From the NCBI GenBank assembly GCA_038087875.1, contig CM075992.1:11348001-11412000 (forward strand): DNA of 64,000 nt, written 5' to 3'. The first letter of the stretch is position 1. Each line of letters begins with the position of its first letter. Positions 50,688-64,000 of this stretch are shown here, piece after piece. Both the position numbers and the translations under genes were made by a program. This DNA comes from Malacoraja senta. Its lineage: Eukaryota. The notes under the pieces are model-generated. The model did not search any database, had not been told where the DNA came from, and saw nothing but the letters and a program-made list of their open reading frames with translations.

Positions 50688-50912
50688 CTGAAGAACGGTC
50701 TTGACCCGAAATATAATTTATACCTTTACTCCAGAGATGCTGCCTGAATCACTGAGTTACTCCAGCACTCTGTGACATGTCACCTATCCATGTTATCCAG
50801 AGATGCTGCCTGACCCGCTGAGTTACTCCAGCACTCTGTGAAACGTCACCTATTCATATTCTCCACAGATGCTGCCTGACCCACTGAGTTACTCCAGCAC
50901 TTTGTGTCTATT
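50688..50912 (+). repeat. Tandem array of the PLE-terminal unit, three units with a 66-bp period
   Basis: Units start at 50708, 50774 and 50840 (gaaacgtcacctat...ccagagatgctgcctgacccgctgagttactccagcactctgt). Confidence 0.85.
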
Positions 50913-51534
50913 TTCCCTTCACCCATCTGCCCAAGCCCACTCTCCCCCCTCCTTTCCTATGTTCCTATCCACCCATAAACCTCTCTCTGCCTTAGCATTT
51001 CACTCCTCTTTCAAATCTGCTCTTCTTATCTACATGCATTTTTCTTCTGAACTTTTTAGTCATAGAATGATGCAGTGTGAAAACAGGCCCTTCAGCCCAA
51101 CATGTCCCATCTACACTAGTCCCACTCACACGCGTTTGGCCCATATCCATCTAAATCTGTCCGATCCATGTACGTGTCCAAATGTCTCTTAAACATTAGG
51201 ATAGTCCCAGCCTTAACTACCTCCTCCAGCAGCTCGTTCCATACACCCACCCCTCTTTGTTTGAAAAAGCTACCTCTCACATTCCTGTTAATTTCTGAAA
51301 TATTGGTCATAAATTTCGTGCAAAAACGCTCCAAAATAAGTCTCAGAATGCATCAGAGAGCATCTAAAACCCCTGAGCGTCCAGGGCCCTTAGGCGGGCC
51401 CTGCACCCCGGCATCGAGGGACTTCACGCTTCACGCTCATGATGTGTGCAATAACAAATTTCTAATCCTGTCATACCACCCCTCTTTTTGAAAAGCTGTG
51501 TACAGGCCTGAATAAGATGTCGACTGATTCAACT

Positions 51535-53516
51535 TGTAGAAACATAGAAAATAGGTGCAGAAGGAGGCCATTCTACCCATCGAGCCAGCACCGCCATTCA
51601 TTGTGATCATGGCTGATCGTCCCCAATCAATAACCCGTGCCTGCCTTCTCCCCATATCCTTGATTTCACTAGCCCCTAGAGCTCTATCTAACTCTCACTT
51701 AATTCCATCCAGTGACTTGGCCTCCACTGCCCTCTGTGGCAGGGAATTCCACAAACTCACAACTCTCTGGGTGAAAACGTTTCTTTCTCACCTCAGTCTT
51801 TCCCCTTTATTCTCCCGTTTTTCCTGTTTTTTCTCACCTCAGTCTTTCCCCTTTATTCTAAGACTGTGGCCCCTGGTTCTGGACTCGCCCAACATTGGGA
51901 ACATTTTTCCTGCATCTAGCTTGTCCAGTCCTTTTATAATTTTATATTTTTCTATAAGATAACCCCTCATCCTTCTAAACTCCAGTGAATACAAGCCTAG
52001 TCTTTTCAATCTTTCCTCATATGACAGTCCCGCCATCCCAGGGATCAATCTCGTGAACCTACGCTGCACTGCCTCAATCACAAGGATGCCCTTCCTCAAA
52101 TTCGGAGACCAAAACTGGACACAATACTCCAGATGTGGTCTCACCAGAGCCCTATACAACTGCAGAAGAACCTCTTTACTCCTATACTGAAATCCTCTTC
52201 TTATGAAGGCCAGCATTCCATTAGCTTTCTTCACTGCCTGCTGTACCTACACGCCAACTTTCAGTGACTGGTGTACAAGGAGGCCCAGGTCTCGCTGCAC
52301 CTTCCCCTTGCCTAACCTAACCCCATTGAGATACTAATCTGTCCCCTTGGTGTTTTGCCACCAAAGTGGATAACCTCACATTTATCTATATTATACTGCA
52401 TCTGCCACGCATCTGCCCACTCACTCAACCTGTCCAGGTCACCCTGCAACCTCCTAACATCCTCTTCACAGTTCACACTGCCACCCAGCTTTGTGTCATC
52501 TGCAAGCTTGCTAGTGTTGCTCCTAATTCCCTCTTCCAAATCATTAATATATATGGTAAACAGTTGCGGCCCCAACACCGAGCCTTGCGGCACTCCACTC
52601 GCCACTGCCTGCCATTCTGAAAAGGACCTGTTCACTCCTACTCTTTGCTTCCTGTCTGCCAACCAATTTTCTATCCATGTCAACACCCTACCCCCAATAC
52701 TATGTGTTCTAATTTTAGTCACCAGTCTCCCGTGCGGGACCTTATCAAAGGCTTTCTGAAAGTCTAGATACACTACATCCACTGGCACCCCTTCATCCAT
52801 TTTACTTGTCACATCCTCAAAAAATTCCAGATGATTAGTCAAGCATGATTTCCCTTTCATAAATCCATGCTGACTTGGACTAATCCTTTTATTGCTATCC
52901 AAATGCCCCATTATTACCTCTTTAATAAATGACACCAGTATCTTTCCCACCAACGAATTCAGGCTAACTGGTCTGTAATTTCCTGTTTTCTCTCTCGCTC
53001 CTTTCTTGAAAAGTGGGATAACATTAGCTATCCTCCAATCCACAGGAACTGATCCTGAATCTATTGAACATTGGAAATAATCACCAATGCGTCCACTATT
53101 TCTAGAGCCACCCCCCTGAGGACCCTGGGATGCAGACCATCAGGCCCAGGGGATTTATCATCCTTCAGTCCCATTAGCCTACCCAATACTATTTCTCGCC
53201 TAATCATAATTTCTTTCAGTTCCTCTACCCCCTTAGTTCCTCTGTCCTCCAGTACATCTGGGAGATTGTTTGTGTCTTCCTTAGTGAAGACAGATCCGAA
53301 GTACCTGTTCAACTCCTCTGCCATTTCCTTGTTACCCATAATAATTTCACCCATGTCTGCCTTCAGGGGATCCACATTTGACTTTGCTACTCTTTTTCCC
53401 TTAACATATCTAAAGAAGCTTTTACTGTCCTTCTTTATATTCCTGACCAGCTTCCCTTCGTACTTCATCTTTGCAGCCCGTATTGCCCGTTTTGTTTCCT
53501 TCTGTTGTCCTATGAA
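51535..53516 (-). mobile_element. CR1 LINE, young, 5'-truncated; same subfamily as 26051-28421
   Basis: ORFs 53061-53561, 52312-53043 and 51839-52234; (ttctatgt) tail. Confidence 0.95.
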
Positions 53517-53847
53517 AGCTGTGCTCCCGTTGTGCTCCCGTTTTCCCCACCATCGTTCCACCTGCCATCACCCTCCACCCCCACCCCCCCACCCATTCAG
53601 TAATTCAGAAAGAAGAAGATTTGGAAGCCTTGGGGAAATTGAATTGTTACTTTACTTATTTTTATTTTTTATTTTTACGGAGAGGAGAACAATCTGCGCA
53701 TGCGCGGTTTAAGATTTTTTTAAAGCCGACTGACTGTAATATTACTCGCGACACGTGCCTGAATAGGACTAATTTATAATTATATATTTATATTTCTATG
53801 AATATTTTGTTCCCTATTGGGCCCCGCACCTCCTAAGGCTGGCCTGC

Positions 53848-54790
53848 CCCCTGCAGTTCGCTTACCAAACAAAGATGGGGGTTGAGGACGCCATCATCCA
53901 CCTGCTCCATCATTACTGTGCTCACCTGGATAAGCCAGGAAGCAATGTGAGAGTCATGTTTTTTTTACTTCTCCAGTGCTTTTACCACCATCCAGCCTGC
54001 ACTGCTAGGGAGGAAACTGATGAGGATGCCGGTGGATGCTCCATTGGTGTCCTGGATCACCAACTACCTGACTGGCCGACCACATTGTGACAGGCTATAG
54101 AACTGTGTCTCGGACATGGTAGTGAGCAACCCAGATGCCCCACAAGGGATGGTCCTCTCTCCCTTCCTGTTCACCATTTACACCTTCAAATATAACCCGG
54201 ACTCCTGCCACCTGCAGAAGTGTTTGTCTGTCTCTGCAATTGTGGGCTTCATCAGTGAGGGGATGGAAGCTGAATACAGAGGTGTAGTCAATGACTGTTG
54301 AATGGTGTGGGCTGAATCACCTGCAGATGCGTACACGGACACAGACGGACACACGGACGGCAATAGGATCAACAAACTCATCAGGACGGTTGGCTCCGTC
54401 CTGGAGGTGGAGTTGGATTTATGGGAGGTTGTCTTGAAGGGGAGGATGCTGCTCAAACTGTGGAGCTTCCTGGACAATACAGCTCACCCTCTCCATGACA
54501 CACTGGCCAACCTGAGGAGCACCTTCAGCAACAGACTGGTTCCACCAAGATGTAGTACAGAACGTCACAGGAGATCCTTGTTCCCTGTGGCTATCAAACT
54601 GTACAACTCCTCCCCCTTCTGTCGTGGGGAAGAGCGAGACTAACTACCCCCCCTCGCCAATCTTTGCACATCCCTAATCCTTTCCACTCATCACTTTAAT
54701 TTCATGTTTCATGTATTTTGTGTTTTTATGACTATTGGCAGATCAATTTCCCTCCTGGGATAAATAAAGTTCTATTGTATCGTATCGGAC
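53848..54790 (+). mobile_element. Rex1/Babar LINE 3' part
   Basis: GVEDAII, APQGMVLSPFLF, HPLH...RRSLFPVAIKLYN; aataaa tail. Confidence 0.85.
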
Positions 54791-55599
54791 CACCACTTTT
54801 TATAATTGCCTTTGTTCCTGGGTGTTTGAGTTGCAGAACCAGGCGGTGATGCTATCAGTTAACATTGACGTGTTACCCATGAGAAAGATCATTGGTTCCA
54901 GCAGTACACCAGTTTCCTCCTTCACTGCCAGACCTGAACAGTTTCAATGGCTGCTGGTACCAACTGTGCACCTAAACCAATGGCTAAAACAGAACTTTAT
55001 TCAACACCACTAGAAAAAACAAGATTGTTATATTACCCAAGTTATTGGAAGAGAAGTTTGCCTTTAGTTGGTGATGTAAATTCTGGGCAGCTGCAATTGT
55101 ATAATTTTCCATGACTTCAAGGAAATTGGAAACCAACTTGAAGAATTTTGTTGAACTTGTGTTGCAAAACTTGAACAAACTCGTGGTGGAAACCGCAGCA
55201 AATGAATCAATATCCTGTTGGAATAGAGACAGTGTCTTTGTCACCACTTGATCAACCTTTAAGCACCTGTGAACATGCACTCTATCCATCCCTCTGAACC
55301 TTTCCAGTCTGTGTACCTATCCAAATATCTTTTAAATGTTGTTATTATGCCTCGCTGAATTATTTCCTCTCGCAGCTCGTTCCATATATGTACCACTATG
55401 AAAATATTGCCCCTCAGGTTTCATCTTTTCCCTCTCGACATGTTCTCTAGTTCTTAATTCCTCAGCCCTGGGGAAAAAGAACTTGTGTTCATTGACCCTA
55501 TCTATAACCCTCATGATTTTATACACCTCGGTAAGATTACCCATCATTCTCCCACACTCCCTGCCTGCCCAATCTCCCCCTATAGCTCACACCCTCAAT

Positions 55600-56070
55600 T
55601 TCCAACAACATCTGCAGAAACCACTCCCTCCGCAAATCTTGGTTCCCTCATCCCGTCCCACCTAAACCGCACCATCCTCAGGTACATTCCCCTGCAACAG
55701 CAAGAGATGTAACACTTGGCCTATACCTCCTCGTTCACCACCATCCAAGGCCTCCAGCTGTACTTTCAGGTGAGATGCATCTCCTCTAATCTCATCTACT
55801 GCATTCAGCATTATATTACTGGTGTCCAGTGAGACCAGGTGTAGACAAGGGATCATTTCGCTGAACACTTGCACTCGGTCTACCAAGTCCGACTGGATCT
55901 CCCAGCTGTTAACCATTTTAACTCCCCTTCCCATTCTCGTACCAACCTTTCTGTCCTGGGCCTCCTGCATTGTCAGATTAAGGCCACACTCAAACTGGAG
56001 GAACAACACCTCATATTCTGCTTGGGTAGTTGGCAACTCAACAGTATGAACATTGAATTCTCCAATTCAT
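55600..56070 (+). mobile_element. Penelope-like GIY-YIG fragment
   Basis: GTFPCN..RC, SSNLIYCI and KLEEQHLIFCLG...MNIEFSN. Confidence 0.8.
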
Positions 56071-56529
56071 AGCAACAACCCAGTTGATTTTTTCTTCCTG
56101 CCCCCTTTCCTGACTCCAGTGCGCACCGGTGAAAAACATGAGCTTACCGCAAAAGATGGACTCTTAGGGTGAAGATTTATCAAATCTGTGAAGAGAAGCC
56201 TATAGTTTGGGTCCGATTTTTTTCTTTTTTCACATTTGTATTTGTCAGGGGACAGATAGAGGGGGCATCTACGAGTGGGGGGGGGGGGGAGGGGGAGAGT
56301 GGACCGGCTCTCGTCAACTGCATGTACACATCCTCATCCGCAGCCAGGATCGAACCCTGGTCCCTGCAAGCGCTGCTGAACCACCACTGGACTGTTCCCA
56401 GTCCCATCCCCACCTGGGAGGCGGCCGGAGACGTCCGGACACCGGCCCTTCAGGCCCTCAGCCAGCGTGGAGAAGCGCCAACTCCAGCCGAACCCCGCTC
56501 CAACTCCAAAGGAACCCGCTCCCCAGATG

Positions 56530-56958
56530 GGCAGCTACGGTGACAAGTGCAAGTTGACCCACGGCCTGGCCGAGCTGCGCTTCCTCAGCTGCCACCCCAA
56601 GTACAAGCCGTACCTTGCACACTATCAGCTTCTGCTCCTACTGTATGCGCTGCCACTTCATCCACAACCCCGAGGAGGAGCGAGGGCCCCGGCTTCCTTC
56701 AGCCCCAACCTGGAGTTGGAGCTGTCCCGGACTCTGGGCTTGGGGCTGGGCAAGGGAGGAGGAGGAGGTTGCTGCTGCCGCCAGCACCACCAACAGCACC
56801 AGCAGCTCCAGCGGGTGCCCGGCTGCCCATGGCCCTGTAGGAGCCATTCCGCACCCTCTCTCCAACTAGGTCGACTCCAGAGCAGCGGCTCCGAGTCGCC
56901 CGTCTTTGAGCAGCGCCGGCGGCTTCCCATCTTGAGCAGGATCTCGGTGTCGGACTGA
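56530..56958 (+). pseudogene. ZFP36: ZFP36/tristetraprolin-family (tandem CCCH) decayed copy
   Basis: SYGDKCKLTHGLAELRFLSCHPKYK, frameshift, RTLHTISFCSYCMRCHFIHNPEE; C-terminus SGSESPVFEQRRRLPILSRISVSD* (CNOT1-binding motif). Exact paralog not determined. Confidence 0.88.
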
Positions 56959-57559
56959 GGGGATGGGAGTGGAGGTGGAGGGTTGCTGGCCAACCCAGCG
57001 GGACAGGCAGAGCCGAGCTGGAGCCAGCGGCTGCAAGTCCGGGGCCGTACTGACAGCCCAGGGTCTCCCCGGACACCTCCGGACAGCGACGGGACACCAG
57101 CAGCAACTCAACAGCACTCGCAGCAACGGAGAGCCGGGTCCGACCCCGACAATGGACCAAACGTAAGCCTGCACACAATGCAGCACCATCGTTGCCGAGA
57201 CGAGTTACCACACGGCCACACCAAGTGAAAAGCAGCAAGACACGCAACCACATACAATAAAATGTAACATACACATCCACCACAGTGGCTCCCCACATTC
57301 CTCACTGTGATGAAAGGGAATAAAGTCCAATCTCTCCCTCTTTCTTCTTCACGGTTCGGGCTGTTGAACCATCCATTAAAGTCTCGCAGCTGGCGATCCG
57401 AGGCCCTCACATCAGGGTGATGAAGATGGGGACGAATCAGGCAGCGTTGAGGATGAAAGATGTTGAAAGTTGAATTAAAATTATAAAGGAAGCACATGTA
57501 AGGTTTATGCAGCTGAAATCAGTCAAAACCCTTGAAAAATATAAAGCAAGCAGGAAAAA

Positions 57560-59420
57560 TTGTCAACAGTTAATGGGTTAATGGCAAGAAGGATCTTGGG
57601 GTCCATGTCCAGGGCTCCCTGAAAGTGACACCATGCGAAGATAGAGGTAAAGAACACCTATGATTTGCTTGGCTTCATCGGTCCAGGCCATTGGGAAAAG
57701 CGACAGGAAGGTATGTTGCAGCTCTCAAAGACTTTAATTAGGCTGCATTTGGGCAGTTCTGGATGCCCCATGACAGGAAGTTTGTGAAAGCTTTGTAGAA
57801 GGTGCAGAGGAGGTTTATCAGGAAACTATCTGGATTAGAAGTTATTAGCTAAAAGGAAAGGTTGGACAAACTTGGATTGTCTGGAACATCAGAGGCTGAA
57901 AGGAGACCTGATAGTGGTTTACATAATTATGAGAGACAGAGAGCATAGACAGCCAGAACCTTTTTTATCCAAGGCTGGAAATGTCAAAGACTAGAGGGCA
58001 TAGCTTAAGGTGAGAGTGGCAACGATTAAATGTGATGTGTAGGGTACAAAGTGGTGTGTGCCTTGAAAGTGGTGTGTAGGGTACAAAGTGGTGTGTGCCT
58101 TGAACATGCTGCCCAAAGATACTAGATGCTGCCAGTGGAGGCAGATATTGGCATTGAAGAGGATTGTATATCAACATGCGGATATGCAGGATATGGAAGG
58201 ATATGGATCACATCAAAGCTAAGATCATTTTAATGGTATTTTGTTTGGTGTGAACATTAAAGACCGGTCTAGTTACTGTTCTACACTGTTCTATGTTCTA
58301 ACAAAGATGAAGGGCTAAAGGAGCCATTTAATGCCCTTGGCAAGTATGATTAGGGATTATTCCAAGGCATTTGATACATATGTAGGGAGCGGAAAAAGGT
58401 AGGTCCACTCAAGAACAAAGGAGGGAGTTTATTCATGGATTCGGAGGAAGTGGGTGAGGTACTTTGCATCGGAATTGAGCAAGGAGAAAGGCATAGGTGA
58501 TGGTGAGATTAGTGAGTGTTTAATATTCTCGGGCATGTCGATATTAAGGAAGAGCAGCTAAAGTGTGTCTTGGAGAACATTAAGGAAGACAAGGACATGG
58601 AGCCTGATAGAATCTATCCAAGGATACTAATAGAGGCAAGGGAGGAGATACTCGAGGCCTTGATCGAGATAATCTGGGAAACTATAGGCAAGTAAGACGC
58701 CTGCTGTGGTGGCAGGAGCGACCAGGGTGCCGGTGGCGGTAAAGGCAGGGACCGCGTGGGAACAACCCAAGGGCTGCTCGCCATGGCGATGGTAGGTGTG
58801 GCCGGAGCGGTGGTGGTGGAAGCGTTGCTAACAGCAGGAGAGACGCCACAAGCCAGGGGTGTAAGATTGAAGAAGATTTTTAAGGACAGGATTTGGTATT
58901 TGTATTTGGGAAATCATGGATTTATTAGTAATATTCAGAGTGGCTTTATGTGGGGCAGGTCCTATCTTACAAATTTGATTGAGTTTATCGAGGTGACGGC
59001 ATTAAGTGATGAGTGTTGGGTAATGGATGTAGTCTACATAGATGTTAGTTAGTAAATCATTTGACAATGTACTTCATGATAGGTGGGTGTAGAAAATTAA
59101 ATCACATGGGATCCACGGAGATTTGGGCGATTTGATCCATATTGGCTGGGTCACAGACGACAGAGGGACTTGGAGATGTGTTTCTCTGACTGGACGTCTG
59201 TGAGCTGTGCTGATCTGTAAGTAGCAATGCTTGTCCAATTATTTTGATGAAAATTTAAGGGAGATTAATAATACCTTTACAGATAACATGAACATTGGAA
59301 TTGTGGAGAGTGGGGAAGGTTGCTAATGAAAGCAGCAGGATATAGTTCAGCTGGAAATTTGGGGAGAGAAATTCCAGATGGAGTTTAATCCAGACAATTG
59401 TGGGGTGGTTGGTACATTCT
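57560..59420 (+). mobile_element. Old degenerate CR1 fragments
   Basis: QSGFMWGRSYLTNLIEF and DVVYID. Confidence 0.7.
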
Positions 59421-60089
59421 AGTAGCTCAATGCAAGATCACTCATCCAAACACCACATGCCATTCGCAGTGTTAGCCGCCCCCAGCTCATGTCGCTGCCC
59501 TGGCCGCCCGCAGTGCCGTCCACCCACGCCTTCCTCACCGTCCACAGCGCCGGCCACCCCAGGCTTCCGGCGCCTCTCCTGCTACTTGCAACGCTACCAC
59601 CATCACCGCTCCGGCCACACCTACCATCGCCATGGTTAGCAGCCCCTGGGCACGCCGTCCCTGCCTTTGCCACCACCGGCACCCTGGCCACACCTGCCAC
59701 CACAGCAGCCATCGCCATCACCACCATCCCCACCACACCCATCGATCCCATGCCCTGCCTACTGCTCTTGGCACCGAAACCACCTCCATGGCCAATCCTT
59801 AGCTGTGGTCTGGCTTCTCCTCACTTCACCCCCGGCTGCCAACAGGCCAGGGCCAACAACTCACCTGGATTCCAGCTCCTGTTCCGGACCAAGAGTCTGA
59901 GGAAGGATGCCGACCATAAACGTCGCCTATCCATGTTTCCTCAGAGAAGCTGCCCGACTTGCTGAGTTACTTCAGCATTTTTGTCCATTGTGTATTAACC
60001 AACACCTGCAGTTGTTTGTTTTCTACTATTTATACAATGATAATGCCTTGCTCGGTTATAGTGGGACATACGGCAATAACGGATACCAG

Positions 60090-60428
60090 CAGTATGAATC
60101 TTGATTACTCCAACCCTTGCTTTCCCCTCTCTCTCCTTCCCTCCCGCACTCTAGTTCTCCCACTAGCCTCACTGTCCTCCTGATTAATTTTATGATTGTA
60201 TGCCTCCATGTTATCTTCCCCTCAGCTAACAATGAACCATTCTACCTCTTTATCATCGTCTGTTTGATCTGTCATTTTTCACACTTTACCCTTCCATATC
60301 TCTAGACTCCCTCTCCCCTCACTCGGTCTGAAGAAGGGTCTTGACCCAACACGTCATGCATTCCTTCTCTCCAGAGATGCAGAGATGCAGCCTCTCTCGC
60401 TGAGTTACTCTAGCATTTTGTGTCTATT
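60090..60428 (+). mobile_element. PLE 3' UTR and terminal hammerhead-type unit
   Basis: atgaatcttgattactccaac...ggtctgaagaagggtcttgaccc (60328 onward). Confidence 0.7.
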
Positions 60429-60756
60429 CAGGATTTGCTGTATTTGTGCATATTTGGAGTATTTTGTGCATTCTGGTTGACACACTGTTGGTAGGATGTG
60501 GAGGCTTTAGAAAGGATGCAGAATATTTCACCAGTATGTTGCTTGCATTGGAGGCTATTAGCTCTAATGAAAGCTTGGACAAACTTGGACGGTTGAGGGG
60601 CAACGTGAAAAATGTACAGAAGAAAAATAGGGTCGATAATCAGAGCCCTTTTCACAGGGTTGATCGGTCAAACTATGAAGAGCATAGGTTTAAGATGTGA
60701 GAAGAAGTTTAAAAGAAATTGCAAGGCACTTTTTAAACATAGGGGCTTAATACAGG

Positions 60757-61155
60757 CAATAGACAACAGACAATAGACAATAGATGCAGGAGTAGGCCAT
60801 TCGCCCCTACGAGGCAGCACCGCCATTCAATGTGATCATGGCTGATCATCCCCAATCAGTACCCCATTCCTGCCTTCTCCCCATATCCCCTGACTCTGCT
60901 ATCTTTAAGAGCCCTATCCAGCTCTCTCTTGAAAGTATCCAGAGAACCGGCCTCCACCTCCGTCTGAGGCAGAGAATCCACAGACTCACAACTCTCTGTG
61001 TGAAAAAGTGTTTCCTCGTCTCCATTCTAATTGGTTTACCCCTTATTCTTAAACGGTGGCCCCTGGTTCAGGACTCCCCCAACATCAGGAACATGTTTCC
61101 TGCCGCTAGCGTGTCCAAACCCTTAACGATCTTATATGTTTCAATAAGATGTCCC
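60757..61155 (-). mobile_element. CR1 3' end
   Basis: Same as 2072-2460. Confidence 0.88.
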
Positions 61156-63539
61156 CATTCTCCTTCCTTCCCGTAACCAAGGATGTCAAAGGCACATTTG
61201 GTCTAAACCGCCCTTGCTCAGTAACTCTTTGAATATTTCATGTCTAGACCACACCTTCTTACAAGTTATGAGAAAATTATTATTAAAAGAGGAATGTGAA
61301 CATATTAACAAGACCCACAGATCAGGATGAAACTTTTATTCAATAAAGGCCTGGCATTTTAAAAAATATTGCATTTCCATGTATCAGTACACAGTAACAA
61401 GGTGTAACCAGCTTGCCCTTCCTGCTTCCTCGTATGAGCCGGTGAAACCTCCTTTGTCTCACCTGCGGCAGTTACAGGCAAACCCGGGGCACTGGGAACC
61501 ACAGCCGTGCTCAGCACTGGCTGCATTTTCATTCATCAGCCTCAGGCAAAGGCAGGGTTGAGTGTTCCATCCCACACTGTCTTTGAGAGGGTGACAATGG
61601 GAGGTCCATCCATGAACCACTCCACGCACATAATGTGGTGGTGAGATGGTGGTGGGTATCACTCAATGGTGACGGCTATTAGCTGGTGCCGAGGGGCTGG
61701 AGGGAACCCGGGAGGAGATGGGGTCCCATGTGAAGGCTGCCTCGTGGTGATTCTCTGCAGAGGAACTTGCACTGGGCCTGACTCAGGGCTGAGCAGCGGC
61801 CTGGGCCAGACACTGGCATCTCACCTGGTGACAGGTGTGTCCTGTTCAAGCTTTCTTACCCTTCGGCCTTTCACCCTCGATACTGCCTAGAGAGAGAAGC
61901 TCATCTGTGTCTCACATGTCCCGAACCAATCAGGAGATGTGGTTGTCAGTGGCATTTACAACCTGCTTTTTGTTGGCTCTTGAAAAGCTCCAAATAATGA
62001 TGGGTGGCGATGGGGAATGGCTTTGCAGCTCACATGCACTCTTGTCATCATATTGTGTCACCAACCCAACAGCAGGCAAAAGCCAGTCTGGGACTTGCAC
62101 CCTCTGCCAGCTTACGAACGCTAGCTGAGCTCCAGGGCCACATCTAGCCAAGGGCAGGGCAGTCATTGGATGCATTGAACACTAACTCAACTCTAAACCT
62201 GCTAGACATCCACCCAGCCCATGTTGGACCCCAAGCAAACTCCTTCCAAACTCACGAGCACTCATTGATCTGTGCTGCCCGTGCTCACCTTCCGATGGCT
62301 GAATCCTGGTTTGTCACCTTGCCAACCACTGTCCAATAGCCAACAATTAGAGGATCACCATATCAAGCAACCTTAAAGCCAGACGGACAACATCCCATCT
62401 GCCCAGGGAGGTGCTTGAAATGAAAGGCAACTCTTCCATTCCCCAGAATCCAGGCTAGATGCTACCATGCTTATTATTGGACAGTCTGTTCAACAATGTA
62501 GAAGCTATGAACTCCTGCTATGTACATGCTCAATAGAAGCAGAGAGCTGAAGCAGCTCAACTCTCAGCTGCAACTTCTTGCCTCTTTCTTCCGAAGTTTG
62601 TAGCAAATTGAAACAGAGCGATGGAGGTAAGAATGGGGAGAGGGTGGCAGCAGCAATGGGGCAGTCCCAGTGGAGAGGCGAGTTACAGTCCCAAGCAAAG
62701 AGAGTCAGTGCGCTGTTGCTCTTGTGCTCTGTGTCTCTCGCTTTAGAAGCAGCTGTAGCCGGCTCTGCAGGGCTCTCGTGCTTTCAATCACATTACTGTC
62801 TCATGAACGTTTCTCGGGCCCTGTAAGGAAACAGACAAGACATCGAGATCAGAAACTAACCACATGGCAGCTTGTCGGGGCCAGGGCACCTGCTGGCTTT
62901 GGCTGAGACAGCAGAGAACTAATGTTCTCACGAGCAGGACACCAGCACATCAGCCCTGCCAACCCCCACCATGGCACAGCCGGCAACACCACGAGAGCCA
63001 ACACAGACCATCACTGCACCTGGGGCTGTCTGAGGGGATAGATGGGGGCAAAGGGGTGAGGAGAGCGAGTGTCTTGGTGTGCGGGGAACAGTTTGTGGGT
63101 GCAGTGAGTGGCCGAATTGGAGGATGAATATTTGGGGGACACATGTTTACAGTTTGTGGGGGGGGTGTGAATGAGTGTGGGGGAGTGTGTGTGTCAGCAT
63201 GTGTGACACTGAGTGGGTGGATATATGGCCAATGATGCAGGTTTGTATGTGGGTGTGTGGGAGGCAGTGTATGGGCTAATGTGTGGGGAATGGGGTGGTG
63301 ATGCTGTGTAGCATGACAGTGTAACCTGATCTAGGCGGTGTGGGCCATGGCCGGGCCAATGAGTGGAGCATTGGTCAGATTCATTGGGATTTGGGTGGGT
63401 GAGTGCAGACTTGTGTACAATTGTAGGGTAGTGTGTGAATGGAGTGATCCCCTTACTCCAACAGCCACAGGACAATGTGACATTGTGGGTGTCAGAGAAC
63501 ATGCTGCAGATCCCTGGTAAAAGCAAAAACAATGACCAG

Positions 63540-63850
63540 GGAGGCACAGCACTGCAGCGGGTAGAGCCGCTGCCTCAGTGCCAGAGACCCGGGTTCGATC
63601 CTGACCTCAGGTGCTGTCTGTGTGAAATTTGGATGTTCTTCCTGTGACTGCATGGGTTTCCTCCGGGTGCTCCACTTTTCTCCCCGACCCAGACATGTTG
63701 GTTATTTGGCCGCTGTAAATTTGCCCTTAGTGTGTAGGGAGTGGATGCACAAATGGGATAACATAGAATATAGTATGAACGCGTGACCGATGGTCAGTAT
63801 GAAATCGGTGGGCCGAAGGGCCTGTTTCCTGCAGTATCTTTCAATTCTGT
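63540..63850 (+). mobile_element. tRNA-derived V-SINE
   Basis: gggttcgatcc B box, gggtttcctccgggtgctcc V-domain and CR1 tail. Confidence 0.85.
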
Positions 63851-64000
63851 CAATCAAGATTGATTCTGGAAGATTCAGGTCCCCTCGAAGTGGATACTGC
63901 TAAAAACAGCCCATTTAAGTAAGAGATACAGGTGTAAACAGGCCACTTAATGGGTACATGTCCTGATACTAGTCCTTGTTATAGTCACGTGTACAGAGAT

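Noticed and set aside
58030..58105. Small tandem duplications (also ~14443-14468 and ~51785-51860)
   Set aside because: Ordinary slippage within dead CR1 copies.

Overview
This window is vertebrate genomic DNA that is almost entirely repeat-derived. The CR1/HE1-type SINE/Penelope/Rex1/DIRS mix suggests a cartilaginous fish, probably a skate or ray; this is an inference. Content: many nested, decayed CR1 LINEs; Rex1/Babar LINE pieces; tRNA-derived V-SINEs; Penelope-like elements (PLEs); and two full-length DIRS1-type tyrosine-recombinase retrotransposons (18729-23386 and 31271-36015) with ITRs, an internal complementary region and a DNA-methyltransferase-like domain. It also holds a local segmental duplication (29195-38673 and 40440-46142), a decayed ZFP36/TTP-family gene copy (~56530-56958) and a probable signal-peptide exon of a minus-strand host gene (1804-1853). 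Two observations stand out. (1) A short PLE-terminal unit carrying a minimal hammerhead-ribozyme core occurs more than 10 times, as TSD-flanked solo inserts, inverted pairs and a tandem array. (2) A near-perfect U6 snRNA is fused directly to a CR1 3' tail and flanked by a TSD (U6/CR1 chimera). Repeat boundaries were read by eye and are approximate unless stated otherwise.
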